Part shown: positions 12,401 through 24,170 of the stretch, one piece after another
Numbering within the stretch: position 1 is the first letter of the stretch
How the letters are laid out: every line of letters starts with the position of its first letter
Translations under genes and position numbers: made by a program
Source of the DNA: Geosiphon pyriformis uo1
Lineage: Eukaryota; Fungi; Glomeromycota
Direction: 5' to 3'
DNA: 64,000 bases
Assembly: GCA_016748015.1 (NCBI GenBank)
Contig: JAAOMT010000211.1
Coordinates: 54,248 to 118,247, forward strand
The notes under the pieces: generated by a model
What the model was told of the DNA's origin: nothing
Seen by the model: the letters and a program-made list of their open reading frames with translations, nothing else
Database searches by the model: none

Positions 12401-15038
12401 AGCAATGACATTAATTAATAGAGCTACCAAAGAAGATGTCTGTCAAATAAAGGAAGCAGAATATATTGAATATACATTGGAATTAGCTGAATTTGATTAT
12501 GAAGATGAAGTAGAAGTATACCATAAAATCGCAAGTTATACCTACTCGATCCAAGAAGCTCAAATTCAATGATTAGAGCAAATGAACATTAAATTATGTA
12601 AGGAGTGTATAATGCCATACGACAAACAATGGTGTCCTGAATGCTATGTCCTTAGCATTCCATTACCCAGTAAAAGTAACAAATATAAAATCAAATTTGG
12701 TGAATCTGAAGCAACAGAAGAAATTAAAACAACACCCATCTATCTTATCAAAAATCAGCCTGCTTCACAACTCAAATACTTCAACAACAATGGACAAGGA
12801 ATAAAGTCTGAAAAAGCCCACGAATTTGATGCTGAATACGATCTAAGATATCCAGGAAAAGATATCCTTACTCTCAAATCTAAATTGTTTACAAAAATCA
12901 ACCTCAAAATTGCCCTTGAAATTCCACCAGAGGCAATGGTCCAAATCGCTTCACAATCATCATTGGCGAGCAAAAAAATTAATGTTAGAAGAGGAATCAT
13001 AGATGTGGAATATACAGGAGACATTACAATCATGTTACAAAATGAAACCAATAAACCTTTTCAAATTGAACATGCCAAAAAAATTGTTCAAGCTATTTAT
13101 TTACCCTTAATCAACATTTCGGGTTTATAATTAGTCAATCAAAGAGAACTATTGGGAAAAAATGAAAGAGAAACCCAAGGTTTTGGTTCAACTAGATAAT
13201 TCACAGTTCCAGTAAACATAGCCCTTAATGAACAGAAAGAATCTCACCAGATTTTACGACTTCCACAACCAATTACCATTTCACCCTTTGGAGAACACTC
13301 TGAAATTTACATTTGTGGAAAGCCAACAACCACACAACAAATTTTTGAGTCCAACGAACAAATCTGCTTGGAATATAATATCTCGATTCCAAACATTTAT
13401 ATTCCAGAAGGAACAAAAAAAATCCGAGTTACTTTTTACAATCCCAACAATTTCCCCATAGTTTTATTAAATAACTTAGAAATTGGAGTTATTCACAGTA
13501 ATATCTTTTAACAAGAATTACCCCAAACAGTTCCCAATTTCTCAGAAATCATTAAACATTTACTACCAAAAATCAACCCAAATCCCAGTTCTGAGAACTA
13601 CCATGTTGTCATAGAAAAACTATTTTGAATCAACATGAGACAACTTGAACCACAATAACAGAGCCAGCTCAAAGAGCTAATTGCAGAATTTGCTGATATT
13701 TTTGCTAAAAACAACAATGACTTAGGAAGAACTGATGTGGTTCAACACCAAATCTATACAGGAAATGCCAAACCAAAGTGACAACAAGCCTACTGAGTTG
13801 TCCCAGAAAGTCACCAATTTATCCAAGAAGAAGTACAACAAATGCTTAACAATGGGCTTATTCAACCATTAATAAGTCTATGGGCCTCACTTGTAATCCT
13901 AGTTAAGAAGAAAAATGGAAAGATATGATTTTGTGTTGATTATTGACAACTCAACAGTGTCACTATTAGAGATCCCTACTCTCTTCCCCGAATCAATAAC
14001 ATGTTAAATGCTCTTGGAAAATCCAAATACTTTTCAACACTAGATCTAAAAAGCGAATACTGGCAAGTTGCCATGGATTCCAAAGATCATCCCAAAACAG
14101 CATTCACCACTCAAAAAGGAAATTATGAGTTCAACGTAATGCCTTTTGGATTATGCAATGCACCAGCAACATTCCAAAGACTTATGGATGTTGTTTACAA
14201 AGGCCTCTTTTGGAAATCAGTAGTTGTCTATCTTGATGATACTGATGTTTATTCACCATTTTTTGAATTACACTTAAAACACTTGCGCGAAGTTTTTCAA
14301 CAATTATGGAAAGCAGGATTGAAACTGAACATCAAAAAATGCTACTTTGGAAAAACGAGTCTGGCCTTTTTTGGTCACATTGTTAGCAAAAATAGAATTA
14401 AACCAGACCCCAGAAAAATCAGCACTGTCAAGAACTTTAAGACTCCACAAAATATCACAGAATTGAGAGGATTTATTGGATTAGCATTCTATTACCAAAA
14501 ATTCATCAAAAGATTCTCAAAAATCGCAAAACCCCTCAACCAGCTTACTACTAAAAACGTCAAATACAAATGGATAGAAGAACACCAAAAAGCTTTTGAA
14601 ATTCTCAAAGAAAAGCTAACAACAGCTCCAATTTTTGCCTATCCAGACTTCAATAACCGATTTTGACTAGCTACAAACGGTTCTTACACTGCCTTTGGTG
14701 CCATCTTATCACAATTAGATGACAACAGAAATGAGCGAGTAATTGCTTATGCTAGTAGAACATTAAAACCAGCCGAGAAAAACTACCCTGCCACAGAACT
14801 AGAAACAGCAGCCGTAATTTGGGCCCTACACTACTTTAATCTTTACCTCAAACCCAAAGAATTCGATATTATCATTGATAATATTGGACTCAAATGGCTT
14901 CAAAACAAAAACACTCAGCTGAATACCAAACAAATCTGATGGACAGGATTTTTAGCCAACTACTGATACATTGTACATCACAAACCAGGAAAACTCCACA
15001 CCAATGTTAATTGTCTCTCAAGAATGAGACAAGATTAG
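9408..15038 (+). pseudogene. Gag-PR-Cys-rich-dUTPase-RT-RNaseH polyprotein of copy B
   Basis: Capsid-like KIPEFNGED/ILDQFITGL, decayed CCHC knuckle, protease IL(N/D)SGSA, RT MPFGLCNAPATFQ and YLDD, RNaseH; many premature stops. Confidence 0.93.
12770..13197 (+). pseudogene. dut: dUTPase domain within pol of copy B
   Basis: Motifs across copies: AGYDL, ASRSSLA, GGVIDAGYTGDI, KIAQ, RGTQGFGST. Confidence 0.92.
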
Positions 15039-15084
15039 AACATAAAAACAACACTCATTTGAATTAACAACAAAACAACAAACA

Positions 15085-16453
15085 ATGAATCCCAAAAACT
15101 ACAACAATCTTAAAACAATATCTGGAGACATTAACAATCCCAACAGATTGGTCCTCAGATGAAAAACATTGGTTACAACAACAAGCCAAACAATACTTCT
15201 TACACAACAACATTATTTATTATCAAAACTTCAGAAACCCAGACAATTCACTCAGATTAATACAAAAACATGAAAAAGAAACCATTTTATATAATATGTA
15301 CTCAGACCTTTCATCAGCACACCTAGAAAAAGACAGCACTACCCAGAGAACACTAGAATATTATTTTTGGTCTCAAATAAGAAAAGACATTCATGAATAC
15401 ATTAAGGTTTGTGATAGTTGTCAAAAAAAAGGAGGAACTCACCCTACAGAACCTTTAAATCCAATCAAAGTTAGACAGCCTTTTGACTAAGTTGGTATCG
15501 ATTTAATCGAACCACTCCTTATTACAAACCAAAAAAACTGTTATATTACAGTAGCTGTAGACTATCTTACCAAATGGCCTGAAGCCAGAGCCATTCAACG
15601 AGCAGATGTAAAATCAGTAACAAATTTCATCTATGAAGACATTATTTGTAGACATAGATGCCCAATAGAACTTTTATCTGATCAAGAAACACATTTCATA
15701 AACAATTTAATCCAAAAAATTTGTGGATGATTTAATGTCAAGAGACCATTATCTTCATCCTACCATCTACAAACAAATAGACTTGTAGAATGTTTCATTA
15801 GCCAAAGTCTCAACTGATTTTGAGCAAGAATGAGATCTCTTTATTTCATCAGTGTTACTAGCATATAGAACACTAAAACAAGATACCACAAAACACACAC
15901 CATTTGATTTAACTTATGAAAGAACACAGCAATATTATCAATTAGTTTCACTGTGGAAACATACCCAACACAATCAATTGATAAAAACAATTTCCAGGAA
16001 ACACTACAATGAAGAGCCTACACTCTGCTTAGCATGTTGAAAGAAAAACAACAAATAGCAGCCACCCACATTAAACACTCCCAAGCTCAACAAAAAAAAT
16101 GACATAACAACAAATTGTCTTCAGTTACCAATAGATTTAAAATTGAAAACAAAGTTCTTTTATACAAAACTAAAGCTGAAAAACAATGGAGTGGAAAATT
16201 TGAAAATAAATAGAATAGACCATTTTTTATCCATGAAATCCTAGACAACAGATCATACAAGCTAAGACTTGATGACAAAATCCTAGCAAAAGTTGCACAT
16301 AGAGATCGTTTGAAACACTATAATTCTAGAAACAATTCTGAATCATTAATTCCATAAATTGGTACACATTCCTCTTTAATCAATCCCGAAGATATTCCCC
16401 AAAATTTAAAACCAATAGTTGTCATTGAACAACCTCTCAACTTGAACACTTAA
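15085..16453 (+). pseudogene. integrase of copy B
   Basis: ATG AAT CCC AAA AAC TAC start; HHCC and DDE relics; ends ..LNLNT*. Confidence 0.9.
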
Positions 16454-16573
16454 TTTAAATTTATTATTATAGTTATTTTCTTATAATTTAGAAACAATCA
16501 CAAAAACAAAACAAAAATAACATAAAAACCCATACACCAAAAATAATTTTCTTTTATTTTCAAATCTCATATA

Positions 16574-17293
16574 ATGACTATTCCTCAAAACATTCAATAA
16601 TTATTCCAAAAACTAATGCTAGCTTTAAAGACAATATCCAAATTATCCATTACTGTTACTAAAAACCATATTAATTATACCCAAACAGAAGTAGTTACAA
16701 ATTTAGCCCCAAATGCACATAAATATTATCTGTATAAGAGGAACACAAGAAGTTCTTCTGGAATTCATCTGCCAGAACTTTTAAAGCTTGCTTTAAGAGA
16801 AAACTTAATGCTCACTCCTATTAGTATTCCACCAAATGCTACTATTCAACAAAAACTTCAACTGTGTCTTAATGAAGAAAACTACGACTATACTCCAATA
16901 TATAGATATTTCTACATTGGAAAAACATTTCACAAACAAAAACGGAAGCTTACAGCAGCAAACCTCACAAAAAAAGCTATTCTGAAACAACTCCACAACG
17001 AATTCAAGACAACAGCTGGACCTACAAACAGTCATTATAAACTAAGAGCTGCTCTTAGACTTTATGATCTATTCTACATCTGTGAAAATGTTCTACAAAA
17101 CCCAATTTTACAGCCTTTGAAGATTTAATACATTGGAAAGCTCACAGAACTGAAATTTTAACAATTTTCAGACCAAATTTCTTCAATAATTTTGGATTAT
17201 TATCTGGAAATTACAGACAATACTTGGACTTTGATGGAGCTCAGTCTTGAGGAGAAGGTTATGTTACCAGACAAAATTAGAGATATTATTTAG
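16574..17293 (+). pseudogene. accessory ORF3 of copy B
   Basis: MTIPQNIQ..MLALKT..YRYFYIGK..HYKLRAALRLYDLF; homologous to ORF3 of A. Confidence 0.82.
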
Positions 17294-18238
17294 CATGAAA
17301 TTATTTTTATAATTTCTATCATTAATTAGCATATACTATCATTTCAAATTATTACTTATTATATTAGCAAAATATTCGAAATTATTATTTAATTAATAAC
17401 CCAATTTGTACATAACACAAATGTAACCTAATTGTGATGATCAATCATGCAATACCCCGAAATATGTAACATTCAAAAGTTTGCTGAAATTTGTAGAAAT
17501 TTGCCAAAATAATTGATAGTTCACTAAAATATCTAATAGTTTGCAGAAATAACTTGTAGTTTGCTAAAATGTATCTTTAGTTCAGTAAAATTGTAGAAAA
17601 GAGCAAAGTTTAAGTTCATAGAATAGTGTTATAACAAGTTGTATAAAAGAAGAGCTTCTCTCTTCGAGAAAATGTATCTTACTTCAGATTTAATAATTAG
17701 AACTATCCTTTATACAAAAAAACAAAATAAATATCAAATAAATTCAAATTTTTAATTATTTCCCTTGAAATTAACCAATTCCTACTAACAGTTTGAAATT
17801 GATTAGCTACCAATTTCAGTAGACTGTTAAAGCACTTTCAGGCCTGGATCCAAAACAACTTCCAGAAATCATCAGTTTTATTTTCTCTTTTACATTTTTT
17901 TTATTTTCTTTCTTTTCTTATTATAAATTATTTGAGTAGTCTACAGACGAGAATTCCTGTAGAAGAGTTAACTTTCACAGCAAAGTAACTACACATTTTT
18001 AGTGAGCTTCCAGATGAGCAATTCCTGGAAAAAAGTTGACATTTACTACAACATAACTATACAAAGTAACTGGCACAGAATTGGCCATTTCACTTATAAG
18101 TCCAGCAGTTCAAATTATAAGAGATAATTTGAAGATAAATTCAGTTATCAGAGGTTCAAACACTTCCCATAATCGTGAATTAACAGCATTACAACAAACA
18201 TACAAGAGCTAAGAAGAGACCAAAAACCTCCAGTAACA
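17262..18238 (+). repeat. 3' LTR of copy B
   Basis: PPT GAGGAGAAGG upstream; TGTTACCAG...CCAGTAACA; followed by TSD ATGG. Confidence 0.95.
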
Positions 18239-18821
18239 ATGGATAAACTTAGTAGGATATGGTGGTAATATTTGGTGCTTTATTTTTGAGTTATCTTTTA
18301 AGATTGTCTGCTTTTTCCACTGTGTCAATCTGTTGAGTTCTTTGGTTATAAGGCACAGAGTTTGTCTTTCATCAATTGCAATGTTTTTTGTAATTGTAAG
18401 TTTTCTTTTCTACACTAATGAGCACAGTTGTTAGGATCTAGTATTGTCTTTTCATTTTTCTAGTAAGCTACCAAGATAACATTAATATCCAAAACTTAGG
18501 GAGAGCTTTCCTCTTTTACCAGACTATCACAAAGTCTATTCCAAGACAGTCAATTTTTCTATGTTGCCACTCCAAACAAAAGAAGAAAGAAAAAAAAAAT
18601 AAAGAAAAAAAAAGAATTAGTTTTTATCAATCGCCATGATTAAGAGTGATTGGTCCAAATTATTAAGGTTTGAGGTGTTTATGCTAATGGCATCTGTCCT
18701 GGAACAAAGGTAGAAAATACTGATTTCGATTTTTAATTGAAATCCATAATATTGGCAAATATGAAGTGATAAATTGGATTTTTTTTTGGTTTTTGATATT
18801 TTATTGTATTTCAGACTATAA

Positions 18822-19802
18822 TGTTATCAGTAGAATTTTAGCTATTAATTAACATGAAATTACTCTTATAATTTCTATTATTATTTAGCATATATTATTA
18901 TTATTTTGATTATCACTTATTATTTAATCAAATTATTAAATATTATTACTCAATCAATAATTCGATTTGTATTCTAGAAATTAAGATGATCAAATTGCAC
19001 AATACTCTGAACCATTTAACATAGTCAAAATTCGCCAAAATTAATGAAAATTGGCCGAAATAATTAAATAGTTCAGTGAAATAACTTGTAGTTTGCTGAA
19101 ATATATCTTTAGTTCACCCAAATTATAGCAAAAAGAAAAGTGCAAGTTCAAAGACTAGTACTACAACAAGTTGTATAAAAAAAGAGCTTTTCTCTTCAAG
19201 AAAATGTATCTTCTCATAGTATTTTATCATAGTACTTTACTTTAAATATATTAATTGGAACAAATCAACTTTTACACATTCAAATAAAAATTAAATATTT
19301 GAAAACCAAATCCTTTGATTATTGTACTTGAAATTTTTTTAACACAACTAACATTTCGAAATTGATTAGCTACTAATTTCAGTAATCTGTTAGTGACTTC
19401 AGGCCTGGATAGAAAACGTTTCCTTTGATAAAAATATTATTTCTTTTACATTTCTTTTATTTTATTTTATTTTCTTTCTTTTTCTTATTATAATTATTAA
19501 ATTAGCCTACAGACAAGATTCCTGTAGAAGAGTTGACTTTCACAGCAAAGTAACTACACATTTTAGTGAGCTTCCAGATGAGCAATTCCTGAGAAAGAGT
19601 CAATGTTTACTACAATATAATTATATAAAGTAATTGACAAAGAATTGGCTATTCTACTTATAAGCCCAGCAGTTCAAATTATAGGAAATAATTTGAAGAT
19701 AAATTCAGTTACTGGAGATCTAACTACTTCTTAAAAACGTGAATTCTCAGCAAATCAGCATTAACAACATTCAAGAAAAGAGACCAAAAACCTCCAGTAA
19801 CA
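18822..19802 (+). repeat. 5' LTR of copy C
   Basis: TGTTATCAG...CCAGTAACA followed by the PBS. Confidence 0.94.
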
Positions 19803-19847
19803 TTTGGTGCTCTCCCACAAAAATAACACAGCAACAACAAATTCAAA

Positions 19848-22800
19848 GTGGTGACCACACCAAACACAACAACTTTAGAGTATTATCAGTCAATCTACAC
19901 ACACTGCAAGCAAAGATTTAACATCCAAAATGGAATTGAAATTTTCAAGAAATCACTATACTAATACATTGAAAATCATATCAACAACTATTTTTTTGAA
20001 AACTACAACATTTCAGAAGTTAGAAACAACCTCTACAATAATTTAGTATACTATTTACAATTAGAAAAAGAAGACCTGAACAGTAAAATACTTGCTACTT
20101 ATTTTCAAGAACTTAATTTTAACATTATTGAGTATTGTAAAAAAAAATACCCAGTACAGTCTCAATACTCTATTGATTTTGAATCAGAGACAAAAACAAA
20201 CAACAAAGGCAAACAAAAATTGAAGCAATACTCAAAAACCACTCCAAACACTTTAATACTACAAAAAACAACTGCCAAACACTTAAACAAGGAACCAGTA
20301 TTAAATTACCACTTTCTATTACACCATTTTCAATTTCACTTGCTTAATCACAAACACCAAGTTCACTATTTAATCATTTCTCTAGACCAAAAGATTTCAG
20401 TTACCTAGAAATTCTACTTAACAGAACAAACCAATATTAATAAGTGCTAATATTATTGATTACTTACAGAAAAACGAAAGAAATCATTCAGAGAGTCTGG
20501 AAAGTGAAGAAACTGAATCAGAACAAGAAAAAACTACAGAAAACAAAGAAATGGCAACTGCTTATATTGCAAAGATTTCAGAATTTACTGGTGAAAATAA
20601 TAATACCAGTCCTTAAGAATGGCTTGACATAGTTCAAAAAACAGGAGATGCAAATGGTTGGACTGCAGCAAGAATGCTCAAAGCAATCCTATACTTCCTC
20701 CAAGGAACTGCAGAAGAATGATTTGAAAATTTAGGAGAACCATTTGAAAACTGGCAAGCATTCAAAGATGCTTTTCTACAACAATTTACTGACAACAACA
20801 CATCCATTACTTTTTGTAATTGCTTTCACAATATCAAACAAGAAACATCTGAAACTGTTATAATTTATCTGGAAAGATTCAACAAACTTCTTCAACAAAT
20901 TTGACAATTGGAAACCAATGAATACTATTCTGATGCCCAGATTCTGGATCAGTTTATAGCAGGATTAAAGAACAAATTAATCAAGAAAGTTTGCCCACAT
21001 GCACCAGAAAACTTAGCAACAGTCATTAAACATACAAAAAACTATGAAATGGCTATGGAAGAAGCAAATCACACCAAATTTGTCAGCCTAGCTATTGGAG
21101 AAACCAGTTCAATAGCTGAAGAGAAGATAAACCAACTCACAAAAAAGGTTGAAAGCTACTTCACAAACTAACAACAACAGCAATAACAACCACAAAAATA
21201 TCAACCTCCACAATGATACAACCAAAACAATATTGAATTACCATCTAACAACCAACCTCAAAATTGTTATTATTGTGGAATTCTAGGACATTGGAAACGA
21301 GATTGTAAGAAATTACAAAGAGACCAACAAAACAAGAGTAATCAGCATTATTCGTTATCACAAAAATCTTATTATCAATCTCCACCACCAACTTATTATC
21401 CACCAAGACCACAAAATTAAAACAGTTATTATCAACCAGCCCCACAACCAATTCAGCAACAATACCAGCAATCTTTACCCACTCAGCAATATCAAACACC
21501 ATCCACTCAACAATATCAAGTACCAACCAGAAGATTGGTTTAACATAATCAATTCACACTCCAAAATCAATTTCAGAGTAACAACAACAGAATCAATCCA
21601 AATAATTAGTTGGTTTCTCGAAATTCTGATCAGCAAAGACCCAATTACTATTACACTTAACCCAGTTACCTTACAATGCCTAAAGAATCGAATTTTTAAC
21701 AACCTGCACTTTTTGAAGGTAAAGTTGCAGCACCAAGATCAAACTCTTCCAACAATACTATTTCATCAGCCCAAATTGCCCAAAATGCCAATCTTTCAGA
21801 TATATTTCCATTCGAATTTGAAGCAAATGAATCACCATTCTTGCTTAGTAATGCAGCAGCTAATGAACAAAAAGCTATTACTGTCATATACACTAAAGCT
21901 ACAGTAGAAGAAAAACCCATCCGATTAATTTTAAACTGTGGATCAGCTGAAAGTATTATTACCTACCAGTTAATGCAACAGCTTCAAAGAACTGTTGACA
22001 AACCAGCCCAAACTGTAATTGTTACAGCAAATGGTATGAAAAAAACACCAGTAAGAGAAATTGACAATTTCTCATTTACTATTGATGAAATCACCATTTT
22101 AATCAAAGTTTTAGTCATAAATGCATCTCAATACCAAGCTCTGGTCAAAAATGATTGGCTTCTTAAGGCCAATGTAAACTTGGACTGAAAAACTCAAGAA
22201 TTAAAAATCTCATACCAAGGACAATACACCATAGTATCTGCTATTTGTGAAACTTTCAACAAACAATCAGAAAAAGCCCCAGTATTTGAATTTGAAAAGG
22301 AGAAAGAAATGCCACTCACTGAAACCTACATGGCTCTTGGATCAACATCTAATTGGGTTGAGGAAACAAAACAAGAGATTTTTGAAAAATCAAAAGGATA
22401 GAAGAAAGTTAGATATTCCACACCAGAACCACAAAAAAAACCACCATATATTCCACTAAAATACAAAGATTGCAAAAAAAAGCTTTTATCTATAGGAGCC
22501 ATATTTCTTCAGAAGAGAAATATGAAACTTGCACTTGCTACTTCTGCAAAGCATGCCATAGAGAACGATTTGAATCTCCAAAGAGAAGTAGAAAATGAGA
22601 CAACATATCTTGTCTCACATGTAGAGATATGCTACCAGAAAAATGCAACTGGATTGATGTTGCAATGAGAGGAGAAGTATGTGATCAAACCTGTCAATAT
22701 GCTCTATCAATTTCGAAAAAAGTTAGAAGAGAAACACCATTTGATGCAACATACAACAGTGCTCTTAATAAACTTTACTACTATCCTTATGATGCTGAAA

Positions 22801-24170
22801 TGATCTTTGATTTAGCAATAGCTTTAATTAATAGAGCCACACAGGAAGATGTCCACCAAATAAAAGAAGCTGAGTATATTGAATACACAATAGAATTAGC
22901 CAGATTTAACTATAAAGATGAGGTAGAAACATATCACCAAATTGCAAGCCACACATATCCAACACAAGAAGCTCAAATTCAACAATTAAAGCAAATGAAC
23001 ATTTAATTGTGTGAAAAATGCATCATGCCTTGTGATGACAAATGGTGTCCAGAATGTTATGCTCTTAGCATTCCTCTGCTCAGTGAAAATAACCAAGAAG
23101 AAATCAAATTTGGGAAACCTGAAACAAAGAAAGAAATCACAACAACACTAAGCTATCTTATTGAAAACCAGCCCACTATACAACTCAAATACTTTGACAA
23201 CAATGGGCAAAGAATAAAACCAGAAAAAGCCCACAAAATTAATGCCAGATATGACCTCAGATATCTTGGCAAAGACACTTTGGTTCTCCAACCAAAGTCC
23301 TTGACAAAAATCAATCTTAAAATTGCTCTTGAAATTCCACTTAGAGCAATGATTCAAATTGCATTCAGATCATCATTGGCAAGCAAAAGAATCAATATTA
23401 GAGGAGGAGTCATAGATGCAGAATATACTGAAGACATTACCATCATGTTACAGAATGAAACAGACAAACCATTTAGGATTGAACATGCTGAGAAAATTGC
23501 CCAAGCAATTTACCTACCCTTAATCAACATTTCGGGTTTACAATCAGTAAAGAACAGAGAACAAGAGGAAAAAAGTGAAAGAGGAACTCAAAGTTTTGGT
23601 TCAATTGGACAATTTACAGTGCCAGTAAACATAGCTCTCAATGCACAAAATAAATCTCACCAGATTCTTCAACTTCCTCAACCAATTACCATTTCACTTT
23701 TTGGAGAACATCATGGAATTTACACCTGCTCAAAACCCATCACTACCCAACAAATCTTTGAATCCAATGAACAAATCTGTTTGAAGCATGAAATCTCAAT
23801 TCTAAACATTTATATTCCTAAAGGAATGAAAAAATTTTGAGTTATATTCTACAACCTCAACAATTACCCTATTGTCTTATTAAATGAATTAGAAATTGGA
23901 ATCATATATAATAACATTTTCCAAAATGAAAACCCTTAAATTGTCTCTAATTTCATCGAAATTATAAGACATACTCTACTTCCAAATCCAAACACCATTC
24001 CTACTACTAAAAACTACTTTTTGGAAGAAAAACTCTCTCGAATTAACATGGGTCCCTTAGAATCCCAACAACAAAGACAATTAAAACAGCTAATAGCTGA
24101 ATTTGCAGATATTTTTGCAAAGAACAATAATGACCTTGGAAAAACTGATATTGTTCAATATCAGATCCAC
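19848..24170 (+). pseudogene. gag-PR-Cys-rich-dUTPase part of copy C
   Basis: CYYCGILGHWKRDC knuckle, protease, dUTPase in ORF 23007-23840. Confidence 0.92.

Larger units (their letters stand above)
8379..18238 (+). mobile_element. full-length Ty3/gypsy-type LTR retrotransposon copy B (degenerate)
   Basis: Direct LTRs 8379-9363 and 17262-18238; perfect TSD ATGG; PBS, gag, PR, dUTPase, RT, RNaseH, INT, ORF3, PPT. Confidence 0.96.

Noticed and set aside
18264-18279. Second LTR-end/PBS-like string GGTAATATTTGGTGCT
   Set aside because: It lies inside the antisense host LTR with no gag downstream; treated as coincidence.
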